Shown: positions 9,015-18,017 of the stretch, piece after piece
Numbering within the stretch: position 1 is the stretch's first letter
Layout of the letters: every line of letters begins with the position of its first letter
From: Candidatus Bipolaricaulota bacterium
GTDB taxonomy: Bacteria > Patescibacteriota > Patescibacteriia > UBA11705 > DATKZF01
NCBI GenBank assembly: GCA_035528115.1
Contig: DATKZF010000003.1
Span: 86,699-150,698 of the forward strand
Length of the DNA: 64,000 nucleotides
Direction of reading: 5' to 3'
Notes under the pieces: model-generated
Database searches by the model: none
Seen by the model: the letters and a program-made list of their open reading frames with translations, nothing else
What the model was told of the DNA's origin: nothing
Made by a program: the position numbers and the translations under genes

Positions 9015-11822
9015 TTAACCGCTTTTAGCCGCGCCAAGGGCTTTTATTTTCAATTTTTTCGACAAACTCAAAGCGCCCAAAACCCCGGTTAAAACACCGG
9101 CCGCAATACCCAAAATAATTTTGACCGGCAAATTCCTTTGAGGCGTTGATTTTTCCACGATAGCGGATACTACTGTCGGCGCTTCATCCGGTAAAATCGT
9201 AATATCCGCCTCTATTCTCGGGGTCAGGCAATAACCATCTTTCTCCGGCATTAAAACGCCGCTCAAAAAAACCCGCCGGCCGTTTTCCAAATCCTTCAGG
9301 CTCAAACCGGTATTTTTCTTCACGCATACTTTCAAATCGCCGTCCGTTGTCACCAAATTAAAACCTCCGGCAAGTTTTTCCGACACCTCGCCTTCGGCTT
9401 CGATTAAAAATCCTTTCAACTCGGGCAAGCGATCCAAATCCAAAGAGGTCTGTCCGATGATTTCGTCATCTTCCAAAAAAACAATGCTTTCCGCCGCGTC
9501 TATTTTTATCTGATAAATTTCTTTTTTCGAGAACCTGCCGCTAACTTTGACCCGCTGTCCGATTTCAAGATCCGGCCACTCGGCTTTATAAAAATAGATT
9601 TCCGCGGCCAGCTCTTCATTTTGAACATACATTTTTTGTTTGTAAAACAGTCCCGGCGCCACCGTCACCTGTCCTTCGAAAAAAACCAAAGCATCGTCTT
9701 TTAAATTTTCAGCCGAATCCAAAGTCAGCTCGACAATGCTCTCCGCTTTCTCTTGTTTGGCCACAACGGTTTTCGCGGACGCTGTTACCGTTTTTTTCTC
9801 CTCCGCGGGCAAAGCTTCCTCGGCTTCTGCGTCCGGCCGCTCTTCAATGATGTTCTTTGAAGCCGGCGTGGGCAGGCTGGTCAATGTCCAAAATCCTGAG
9901 TCGTCTTTGACCAAAGCGTACGGCAAAACCACTTTTTTCTGGTCGAATTCCAGCGCGGAGCCCGGCAAATCTCCATAAATAATCTCGTCGAGCAATTGTC
10001 CGTTTTTGGAAAACAATCGAATTTGGTCGCCGGCGTTGTTTAAATTTTTCGTTTTAACTATCATATAAAACTTGGCGGGAATAATCCCTTTTAAATAAAA
10101 CTTGGAATTGCCGCCCTCCTGCAAATAAAAATCTGACGCGTCAATGTCGACATCGGAAGAATTGAATATTTCAACCCATTCCGTTTGTCCGGAAAACGGC
10201 TGGGACATTATTTCATTGATGGATAATTTACCGACCAAATCAACCCGCTTTTCATCGACAACATCTTCTCTGGACTCTGAAATATCTTCCGGCTCGGTTT
10301 CTTCATCGGTCAAAGACGATTCATTAACCTCCTCAACGATTTCCTCGGATTCGAAAGAATTCTCCAGGCCCGGCGTGGATATTTCTGAAATCATCCAATC
10401 GTTTCGCGAATCAGTGTCGATTCCGGAAACGCGCGACAAACTCATGCCGGCGGCCAGATCAACGCTCGATGTCCAAGCGCCCGCGTCGGTTGTTTGGAAA
10501 TTTTGCGCCGACAGCCATTGTCCGGCTTCAACCAAAAAGTTCGCTTGGCTTTGGCTTTTGGTGAATTTACCGTCATTATTGGCGTAAATCAAGACGTCCA
10601 AAACTTGATATTTTTCATCGCGCAAAACCAAAATATTGTCAGTGGCCGTTAAATTTTTTTCCAAATCAATCAAAATATATTGATCTTTTTTTACGGCGCC
10701 CAAATCTTTCACTTCCGCGATCAAAGTCTCGCCTTGAAACAATTTCAAATTTTCAATGATCCCCGATTCCAAAACGCGAAGCTCCACCCAATCAATGGTT
10801 TCTTTAAAAGCGACTTCATTGATCAAGACTTCGGCTTGATTTGAAATGGGCTCATCCTCAATGGACGACAAATTTTCAGCAACGTCTTGATTGTCCGGTT
10901 CTTCATCAATGATAGCCTCGTCTTCCTCTTGCTCGCCATTGTCCGTTTCAATCGCGTCGCCGGACGCGACATTTTCCATTTCTTCCAAGCAAGTGTCAGA
11001 GGACGCCGTTTGATTCGTTTCCGTCAAAACAACATCATCTGACGCGAAAGTTTCGATTATCTCAACATCCGCCGTGGCAAGTATGGAATCTTCGTCGATG
11101 ATCAAATCCGCGGAAGCGATTATCTCGTTTTCTTCGATTGGCAAATCGTCTTCAATCTCGATAATCATGGCGTCATCGGTGGCGGGATTTCCGCCGCAAC
11201 CGTCGTCATTTTCAGAGCTTAAAAAATTCTCCGCGCCAAAAGAGGCGAAATCAATCGCGTCAGCGTCCAAATTTTTCGCCAATAAACCGGCCGACCAGGA
11301 ATCGGCCAAATTACCGTCTTTTATTGGAATATTTCTGACCATGGAAGCGAAAAACTCCGCGTCCCCGTCAAGCGGCGCTCCCCCGTCTCCGGCTTGGTCG
11401 ATTAAAATCCCATCTTGATCGTAAAGTCTGATCAACAAAGTGGAATTGCTTAAACTTACCGCCCGATCTTGCAAATCCGGTTCGAAATCAATGACCGATT
11501 CGGCCTCGGGAAAATTGGCGATGATATAAAAATCATTGGCTCGAATAAAATGGTCTTCGGGAATTTCCAGCATCAAGGTTTCTTGGCCGTTTGACAATTT
11601 GGTCAGATACCAGCCGCCCATTTCGATATTTTCGGAAGTTGAATTTTTCAATTCAATGATTTCGTCGGAGCTCGAATAACTTGATCCCGCCCAGGACAAT
11701 TCATTGATAATCACCGAGTTCTCAACGGCTCGCGCGCTGAACGCGAACAAAAATGTGCTGAATATGATCGTTAAGCAAATAACGGTGAATATCAACAATT
11801 TTTGGACTGGCAAATAAAACAT
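9015..11822 (-). CDS. Lamin-tail-domain surface protein with acidic linkers, OB-fold-like domains and a C-terminal TM anchor
   Basis: Signal peptide; three INE...E(W/I)xE...TPG-type LTD segments (VIINELSW, VLINEVAF, LSINEIMS); GQVTVAPG and YCLTPR OB-like region; terminal TM helix. Confidence 0.75.
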   Translation of the reverse strand: MFYLPVQKLLIFTVICLTIIFSTFLFAFSARAVENSVIINELSWAGSSYSSSDEIIELKNSTSENIEMGGWYLTKLSNGQETLMLEIPEDHFIRANDFYIIANFPEAESVIDFEPDLQDRAVSLSNSTLLIRLYDQDGILIDQAGDGGAPLDGDAEFFASMVRNIPIKDGNLADSWSAGLLAKNLDADAIDFASFGAENFLSSENDDGCGGNPATDDAMIIEIEDDLPIEENEIIASADLIIDEDSILATADVEIIETFASDDVVLTETNQTASSDTCLEEMENVASGDAIETDNGEQEEDEAIIDEEPDNQDVAENLSSIEDEPISNQAEVLINEVAFKETIDWVELRVLESGIIENLKLFQGETLIAEVKDLGAVKKDQYILIDLEKNLTATDNILVLRDEKYQVLDVLIYANNDGKFTKSQSQANFLVEAGQWLSAQNFQTTDAGAWTSSVDLAAGMSLSRVSGIDTDSRNDWMISEISTPGLENSFESEEIVEEVNESSLTDEETEPEDISESREDVVDEKRVDLVGKLSINEIMSQPFSGQTEWVEIFNSSDVDIDASDFYLQEGGNSKFYLKGIIPAKFYMIVKTKNLNNAGDQIRLFSKNGQLLDEIIYGDLPGSALEFDQKKVVLPYALVKDDSGFWTLTSLPTPASKNIIEERPDAEAEEALPAEEKKTVTASAKTVVAKQEKAESIVELTLDSAENLKDDALVFFEGQVTVAPGLFYKQKMYVQNEELAAEIYFYKAEWPDLEIGQRVKVSGRFSKKEIYQIKIDAAESIVFLEDDEIIGQTSLDLDRLPELKGFLIEAEGEVSEKLAGGFNLVTTDGDLKVCVKKNTGLSLKDLENGRRVFLSGVLMPEKDGYCLTPRIEADITILPDEAPTVVSAIVEKSTPQRNLPVKIILGIAAGVLTGVLGALSLSKKLKIKALGAAKSG

Positions 11823-11857
11823 ATTTTTTCAATTGATTATTAAATCTTCAGGGTCCA

Positions 11858-11965
11858 AGCGGGTCGGCCGTATTTTGGCCGACCCGCTGAAACATATAGC
11901 AATGCCCATCGAGTCTTGAGCGATCTTCTCCGCCAGTCGTAACCGACGAGCAGGTTGCGCTCAAG
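11858..11965. repeat. Two GC-rich hairpins downstream of RAYT2
   Basis: AGCGGGTCGGCC-n7-GGCCGACCCGCT (11858-11888) and CTTGAGCG...CGCTCAAG (11915-11965). Confidence 0.65.
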
Positions 11966-11970
11966 CCCGC

Positions 11971-12549
11971 TCACATGCAAGGCTTTGGCGATAAATAAAG
12001 ATACGGATAATCCTCTGCTTTGGCCACCAGCTGCCATCTTTCCTTAACCGGCCCGTTTTTGAGAATTTCCAATTTCTTTTGCAAGCTGTTTTGATCTTTG
12101 ACCAAATTGACGAACGAATCATCGGCCCACATTTTCAATTTTTTTCCGTCTTGCCTTTTCTTGGCTTCTTCCCTGAAAAACCAAATGATTCTTTTGGCGT
12201 TGGAGCGTTTAACCTTATCGTTGCCCGCAAACAATTCGGCCAGCGGGTAATCCCCTTCTTTCGCTTCCTGATACAAATTATCCATAATTTCTTTGGAGAC
12301 CCTTTTTTTGAATTCACCGTAAACCGCCACCGGATTGTCCAGGTCAGCCGGTAATTTGAACATCCAGTAAAAATGATTGGGCATGATCAGATACGCCAAG
12401 TTGGCGACTTTCAAATCCTTGGCCACGGACTTGATGTTTTTGGTCATCAAGTCAAGATAAGCTTTGTTAACAAAGAGATTTTTTCTGCCGGCGATCGAAC
12501 TTGAATACAAATAAGTTCCTCCGGCTTGTCTTTCAATGAATTTTGACAT
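11971..12549 (-). CDS. RAYT/Y1-transposase homologue 2, predicted catalytically inactive
   Basis: AYLIMPNHFY (HUH changed to HFY), MWADDSF, KLEILKNGPVK (no Tyr before the NP-like motif), AEDYPY. Confidence 0.7.
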   Translation of the reverse strand: MSKFIERQAGGTYLYSSSIAGRKNLFVNKAYLDLMTKNIKSVAKDLKVANLAYLIMPNHFYWMFKLPADLDNPVAVYGEFKKRVSKEIMDNLYQEAKEGDYPLAELFAGNDKVKRSNAKRIIWFFREEAKKRQDGKKLKMWADDSFVNLVKDQNSLQKKLEILKNGPVKERWQLVAKAEDYPYLYLSPKPCM

Positions 12550-12617
12550 AATTTTTTTATGAATTTATTATTTATGCGATCGCAAATTTATGTTAAAGAG
12601 CAAAAATATTTTATAGC

Positions 12618-12670
12618 GGTCCCCCGCGAAGTTTTTTCAGGCGAGACTTTCACCTTCTGCGCGGGGAACC
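12618..12670 (-). promoter_or_regulatory. GC-rich stem-loop in the 5' region of RAYT2 (possible leader RNA or binding site)
   Basis: On the minus strand GGUUCCCCGCG pairs with CGCGGGGGACC, with an inner AGGUGA/UCGCCU stem. Confidence 0.45.
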
Positions 12671-12735
12671 CCTCCACTTCCATTATCACCCGCGAGCGTT
12701 AAATAAAATAGGGATTTTTGTCAGCTTCAGTCAAC

Positions 12736-12765
12736 AAAAAAAACGCTCAAAAAGAGCGATTTTTT
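12736..12765. terminator. Probable intrinsic terminator
   Basis: A-run, CGCTC-AAAAA-GAGCG, T-run. Confidence 0.5.
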
Positions 12766-12824
12766 ATGTGATATAATCAAATCAATTTTACGATGTCAGC
12801 GAACGCTGACAACTGTGGATAACA

Positions 12825-13048
12825 CGTTACGAATAATCATCGCTAATTAACTAGCCTTGGCGTTATTTTCGTTACAAATACGTTTACGTTTATGTTACGA
12901 ATTATCCCGAGGGGATCCCGTTGGGACAATCTTCTATTTGGCTTTTAGGTTATTTGTTACAAATTACAAGATTCTTAGGCATAAAGCTATAGGTGAATGT
13001 AATTTGTAACATCCGTCCGTGAGTCAAATGGAATTTCTACTTCGTAAC
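12825..13048. repeat. Converging TGTTACGAATTACAA-unit element, copy A (degenerate, 22-bp insert at 12905-12926)
   Basis: Motif units and linkers match the copies at 19773, 28290, 31715 and 51447. Confidence 0.8.
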
Positions 13049-13088
13049 GATCCAGCTTCTACACCCCTGACCCACCCCCCAGCTTCTC

Positions 13089-13152
13089 TGTTTCATGCTA
13101 CATGCTACATGTTATGTGTTATGTGATATGTGATCCATGATACATGACATGT
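13089..13152. repeat. Degenerate heptamer tandem repeat
   Basis: tttcatg ctacatg ctacatg ttatgtg ttatgtg atatgtg atccatg atacatg. Confidence 0.7.
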
Positions 13153-13154
13153 GC

Positions 13155-14120
13155 TTACCTCGGCTCGAAATAAATATTGGCGTTTTTGACCTTTGGCATG
13201 GCCTGCAACATGCCTCCCATGCCTTCCAAAAATTCCCGATGCATTTCCAAATTATTCTGAAAATCCTTAAAATCTTCCATCATCATCGGCTCTGGAGACC
13301 TCTTAAATTGAATGTTGAAACTCCTATCTTTCAATTGTTCCAACATTTGTCGGGCTCGCGCCTCATCCCCAATCACTTTGATGCCTCGAGCCTGAAAATC
13401 AACGACCGGCTCTCCCAAAATGACAATCACGTCCCCGGAAGCCAAGATCGCTTTTTGAGGCAAAACTTTGCAACCGGGCAATAGTCGAACCTTGATTTCC
13501 TGGCCTTGCGGAGTTTTTACCAAAAATTCTCTGGTTCCTTGAGCGGGCATTTCCGCCACCAATCCGACAATTCCATTGCTATTCAACATTCTCGGTCCGT
13601 GTTTTTCATATAATTTTTTGGCGATCGGAGAAAAAACCGGCGCGGTCAAATTTTCATTATCCACTTTTTCTTGAATCGTTTCATTGATGTCCGAAGCGAA
13701 AATGGCGCCGCCGCCGAGACCTGAACCGGCCAGTAAAATAATCAGCAAAGCGGCGAAAGATCGATTATAGGAAATTTCCAGCCGAGACATCAGCCAAGAA
13801 GCGAATCCGGTCAGCGCCAAAACGCAAAAGAAAAGCACATATGGCAAATTTTTCAAAATAACGGCAATGCCTCCGGCGCCGAAACCAGCGTATTCCAAGC
13901 TGTTGCCCGCGGAAATATCGTATATCGACAAATTGACGATAAAAACCGAAACAAGCAAAGACGCGCTGAACAGCGACAGCAGCAAAACCTTTTTCGACTT
14001 GAAATAATAGGACGATCTCATTTTAATCAATGAGATTCGGTCCATTACCCGATCGCGCGCGTCCATAGTCGGACTTTCTTCTTTTAATTTTTGAAAATGA
14101 TTTTTAAAATTATTCTTCAT
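13155..14120 (-). CDS. Membrane protein, putative anti-sigma factor
   Basis: Overlaps the stop of the ECF sigma gene. Short cytoplasmic N-terminus, three TM helices, soluble C-terminal domain. Confidence 0.6.
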   Translation of the reverse strand: MKNNFKNHFQKLKEESPTMDARDRVMDRISLIKMRSSYYFKSKKVLLLSLFSASLLVSVFIVNLSIYDISAGNSLEYAGFGAGGIAVILKNLPYVLFFCVLALTGFASWLMSRLEISYNRSFAALLIILLAGSGLGGGAIFASDINETIQEKVDNENLTAPVFSPIAKKLYEKHGPRMLNSNGIVGLVAEMPAQGTREFLVKTPQGQEIKVRLLPGCKVLPQKAILASGDVIVILGEPVVDFQARGIKVIGDEARARQMLEQLKDRSFNIQFKRSPEPMMMEDFKDFQNNLEMHREFLEGMGGMLQAMPKVKNANIYFEPR

Positions 14121-14661
14121 ATATATCCGATAATTTTTTCTTGGCTCGATTCACCAAAATTCCCACCGCGTTCTTGCTTTTTCTCAGGATCAACGACATC
14201 TCCTCATACGACTTTTCTTCAAAATATTTCAGAATCAACACATTTTTGTATTTGTCCGGCAATCTATTCAGGCATTCTTTCAATTTTTTCGCCTCATCGT
14301 CCTGATCCGCCATTTCTTCCAAATCGGCGTCATCCGCGATATCAAGCGGATTGTTCTCATCGTCCAAATACCGCTTTTTATAACGAGAATTTTTTTTCAA
14401 CCAATTGACCGCCTCATTATGAGCGATGCGGTAAATCCAGCTGGAAAACTTTTTTTTTCGATTGAATCCCTTCAAATTCTTGTACGCTTTCAAAAAAACT
14501 TCCTGCGCTATTTCCGCCGCTTCCTCGCGGTGATTGATCAATCTGAAAATATAGGCAAAAAGCTTATTTTGGTACCTACCTACAATATACCTATATTTCT
14601 CTTTATCTTCTTTTATTGTCAGCTCGACGAGCTCATTGTCGTCGAGTAAAGAATAATCCAT
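14110..14661 (-). CDS. ECF sigma-70 factor (SigW-like)
   Basis: AAEIAQEVFLKAYKNL, FSSWIYRIAHNEAVNWLK (region 2); LPDKYKNVLILKYFEEKSYEEMS (region 4). Confidence 0.9.
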   Translation of the reverse strand: MDYSLLDDNELVELTIKEDKEKYRYIVGRYQNKLFAYIFRLINHREEAAEIAQEVFLKAYKNLKGFNRKKKFSSWIYRIAHNEAVNWLKKNSRYKKRYLDDENNPLDIADDADLEEMADQDDEAKKLKECLNRLPDKYKNVLILKYFEEKSYEEMSLILRKSKNAVGILVNRAKKKLSDIYEE

Positions 14662-14683
14662 GTAATTTTGCCCCTATTATTAC

Positions 14684-14709
14684 TACAATTTCCCGCCGAA
14701 AACCTTTCA
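14684..14709 (-). promoter_or_regulatory. Candidate autoregulatory ECF promoter
   Basis: TGAAAG-N16-TGTA about 22 bp upstream of the ATG, resembling B. subtilis SigW TGAAAC-N16-CGTA. Confidence 0.4.
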
Positions 14710-14753
14710 AAAAATGACGCCGTTACTATACATTTAATCATATTTCAAGGAAT

Positions 14754-14782
14754 AAAAAAAGCCCCGAAAGTCCGGGGCTTTT
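14754..14782. terminator. Intrinsic terminator
   Basis: A7-GCCCCG-n6-CGGGGC-T4. Confidence 0.75.
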
Positions 14783-14792
14783 CTCGAAGTAT

Positions 14793-17700
14793 TTATCTCA
14801 AATCCATCATTGAATCATACGATCTCGCCGACATATCCGCGCCGGTGCCGTATGTTATGCCGGTAGAAACGTTCTCAATCAAGAATTTATCCATAAAACC
14901 ATTGCTGGTGAACGCCGACGTGGAAATTAAATATTTAACTCCATCTTCGATATAATACTTATTGGTCGAACCGTTATATCTGATAACGCTGCCGCTCGGA
15001 TGAACATTGTCCGAGATCGAATCCACTTCCGTGTAGTTGGAGAAGAAGCTGGCCGCGATATCGACGACGCGTTTGTTCCATTCCGAACCGTACAACGCCG
15101 ACGCGACGCCTTCGGTTTCCACCCATCTGATATTGCCGCCCTGTTCCACGGCGTAAACCTTCGGCACCGATTGAATCTTGATCAGCCAAGTGCCTTGTCT
15201 CATGGTCACATTGCTGCCCAGAGGAATCTGCGCCAAATCGTTATCGGAAATCACCTTCACGTTGTTGAAATTCTCGTACCAAGAGAAATATACTTTATCA
15301 TTCGGAAAAACGTGTCTGTAACCGTCAGCGCTCAAGTAATATACGGTTGTCCTCGTGGAATTTTTCACCAAATCGCCAATTGCCAAACTGCCCGGAAACA
15401 AACCCGAAGGAGTTTCGACGGTCACCGGCTCGGAAGTATCTTCTTCTGCCGGCTGTTCGGCGGTTTCTACACTTTCCACGTAATTGATGGTGTCGGTATA
15501 AGTGGCGCTTTGATTATTGGTGGAAGTTTTGAATTTGACATAAACGGTCTTTTCTCCGAAGCCTTCCGTCAATGTCCAGGTCTTTTCGCTCGCGTACGGT
15601 TCCCATTCGGAACCCAAGAAATTAATATCGTTTGAAATCAGCATGGTGGCCGCGTTGTCAGCCGTTAATGTCAAGGTCACCACTCTGCTCAACGTTTCTT
15701 CATCTCCATCATTAATCACGGCTGACACGCTGCTCGAAGGAATCGTGCCCGTGCCGCCGCCTCCACCGCCACCGCCGCTGGCTCTAACGTTGGCGGAAGT
15801 ATAAGTGGCCTGCGCAGTGGTATTGGCCGCTCGATTGGTCGAATCGGTCGTCCAAGTGATAAAGCCGGTTTTAGCAACACTCACGTCGTCCGTGCCGCCA
15901 TCGGAAGCCACCGGAGTCGCGCAATAATAAGATCCCGTTACTTCCGTGCAACTGGTGCCGCCAACCGTAACCGTGGCGTCCGTCAAAGAACTAGCATATC
16001 CGTCCTGACCGACCACTTTATGTGAGTATAAAAGCGCGCCGCTGGTAGTCGTTTGTTGAGCGTCAGCTGTCGCAGTTCTATCAGTACCGAAAGCCAAGTC
16101 GTTGGTATTCTGAACATATCCGTCCAACGTCACCTGAATGGCCAGTGTCGAATAAACCAATGGCGTCGCGCAATACCAATTGCTGTCCGAACCCTTGGCG
16201 CAACTAACCGCTTGGGCGTCTCCGACCGCCACCGCCGTCGCTGTCGCTTTTACATTGGTTCCTACAGCCTCCGTAGGTATTGAAGTTATTTTATAAGCGT
16301 ATTTCACCGAACCCGTGGTGGTGGTTTGCTGAGCATCCGTAGTGGCGGTTCTATCATTTAGTATGCCAAAAGAAGTAATATCCTGAACATACCCGTCTTT
16401 AGTCACTTTCAAAGCCGCGGTGGTATCTTCCAATGGAATGGCGCAATACCAATTAGTATCACCGCCTTGGGCGCAATCGACAGCCTGCGAGTCGCCGGCG
16501 GCCAAGGCCAACACCGTAGTCTTTAATTCAGTCGCTAAATTTTCCGTTGGAATTGAAGCTATCTTATAAGCGTATTTCAAGGTGCCGGTCGAGGCCGTCT
16601 CCTGAGCGTCGGCATTGGCCGTTCGATCGGTATCAAACGCTATGGAAGTGATATCTTGCACATAACCGTCCTTAGTCACTTGAATGGCCAAGGCCGTATG
16701 AGCGACAGGGACTTGACAATACCACTCGAGAGCGGAATAAAGACAGTTAACGGCTTGAGCATCTCCCGTATAAACGGCAGAGGCTGTGCCGACCACGTCA
16801 GTGCCTATCTGTTCGGTCAATATTGAAGACAATTTATAGGCATAGTCATTTGACGTGGTATATGCCGTTTGCGCGGCGGCGGCTATTGTCTGGGTGGCAT
16901 CGACATAATCCACCATACCGTCAAGAGAAACCGTAACCGTATGCGGCCCGGCCGCCAAAATGGTGGTATCTATAGCGATGTATATAACACCATCAGATGT
17001 GCCGTCCCCATCGCCCACTCCTCCATCCGTTACCGCGTCCGCGGTGGCGACAACCACCGTAGCTCCTACCATGGAAACTGATTGCTCACTTAAAAAAGTA
17101 ACCTTGACCGTGAAGTCATTAAGCGAATTAACGGCCGTTTGAGTGCCCGATTCGGTAGCCGGGGGCAAGACACTGCTGACTTCATTATCAGCATAGCCTT
17201 GATCTTCCAGCGTTTCGGTCGTGATAGTGTCCACTGCCGTGCCGACCGGAACGGGAACTCCGAAAGCCGTATTATCGCTGCTCGCGGTGCCGGTAATCGG
17301 CGTGCCGTCAGCATCAAAGGTGCAAACCTCATCGCCATCGCCGGTAATGGCCGCGGCCAATTCATCCGTTAAAGTCACCATGACCGAAAATTGATTTGCC
17401 GAATTAATAGTGTTCTGAGATCCGATCGCGTAAGTCAACGCGGTTGAAGTCCATTTTAAATATCCATCATCGCCAAGAGCTTCCGAGGTAACCGTTATGG
17501 CTTCTCCGTCGTCATTGCAACCTCCTAGAATATCGGCTACAGCCACATCGATAACATCAGCCGTCGCGCTGCTGTCGCAAGCGTCGCCGTCCACGCAAGT
17601 CTGCACAGCGCCATTGCACTGTATGGTCACTTGCCAATCGCCGGTAGCGGCCAAAGTAATCGCGGCGCCGAATTCATCTATCGCATTAATGGTAACTCCG

Positions 17701-17861
17701 CCCGCGTCAGCTCTGGCGACATCCACGTGATTCATATCCATAACCGCCCAAAATGCTATCGCCAAAACGGCGACCATGAAAACTTTCAGGCTCAACGGAA
17801 GAAGTTCATGAAAAAGACTTTTATTTTTTTCCATATTTCTTATTTCTTTCGACTGAATCAA
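14793..17861 (-). CDS. Large secreted Thr/Ala/Asp-rich surface protein with ~91-aa Cys-pair repeats and a C-terminal shared domain
   Basis: Signal peptide (..ARA|DA). Repeats YAYK...GDAQAVxC...WYC...VTKDGYVQ at a 270-273-bp period (16029-16844). Poly-Gly linker. C-terminal VYYL..DGYRHVFPN..YFSWY..PKVYAV domain. Start may be 17834. Confidence 0.8.
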   Translation of the reverse strand: MIQSKEIRNMEKNKSLFHELLPLSLKVFMVAVLAIAFWAVMDMNHVDVARADAGGVTINAIDEFGAAITLAATGDWQVTIQCNGAVQTCVDGDACDSSATADVIDVAVADILGGCNDDGEAITVTSEALGDDGYLKWTSTALTYAIGSQNTINSANQFSVMVTLTDELAAAITGDGDEVCTFDADGTPITGTASSDNTAFGVPVPVGTAVDTITTETLEDQGYADNEVSSVLPPATESGTQTAVNSLNDFTVKVTFLSEQSVSMVGATVVVATADAVTDGGVGDGDGTSDGVIYIAIDTTILAAGPHTVTVSLDGMVDYVDATQTIAAAAQTAYTTSNDYAYKLSSILTEQIGTDVVGTASAVYTGDAQAVNCLYSALEWYCQVPVAHTALAIQVTKDGYVQDITSIAFDTDRTANADAQETASTGTLKYAYKIASIPTENLATELKTTVLALAAGDSQAVDCAQGGDTNWYCAIPLEDTTAALKVTKDGYVQDITSFGILNDRTATTDAQQTTTTGSVKYAYKITSIPTEAVGTNVKATATAVAVGDAQAVSCAKGSDSNWYCATPLVYSTLAIQVTLDGYVQNTNDLAFGTDRTATADAQQTTTSGALLYSHKVVGQDGYASSLTDATVTVGGTSCTEVTGSYYCATPVASDGGTDDVSVAKTGFITWTTDSTNRAANTTAQATYTSANVRASGGGGGGGGTGTIPSSSVSAVINDGDEETLSRVVTLTLTADNAATMLISNDINFLGSEWEPYASEKTWTLTEGFGEKTVYVKFKTSTNNQSATYTDTINYVESVETAEQPAEEDTSEPVTVETPSGLFPGSLAIGDLVKNSTRTTVYYLSADGYRHVFPNDKVYFSWYENFNNVKVISDNDLAQIPLGSNVTMRQGTWLIKIQSVPKVYAVEQGGNIRWVETEGVASALYGSEWNKRVVDIAASFFSNYTEVDSISDNVHPSGSVIRYNGSTNKYYIEDGVKYLISTSAFTSNGFMDKFLIENVSTGITYGTGADMSARSYDSMMDLR

Positions 17862-18017
17862 TTATGATTCAATCCAAAAGTTAATTAATCGCAGGATATT
17901 AAAATCCCTATATATATTAAAAGCTAAATTTCAACCTTTGAGTATATTATACAACAAAAATAAAAAATATTTACAGTTATCCACATCGCCCCATTAACTC
18001 TGTTTTCATAAAAGAAT

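Noticed and set aside
12814-13048. Replication origin (DnaA box plus AT-rich repeats)
   Set aside because: Single boxes only, the same repeats occur at four other loci, there is no dnaA/dnaN nearby, and gene strand does not switch.
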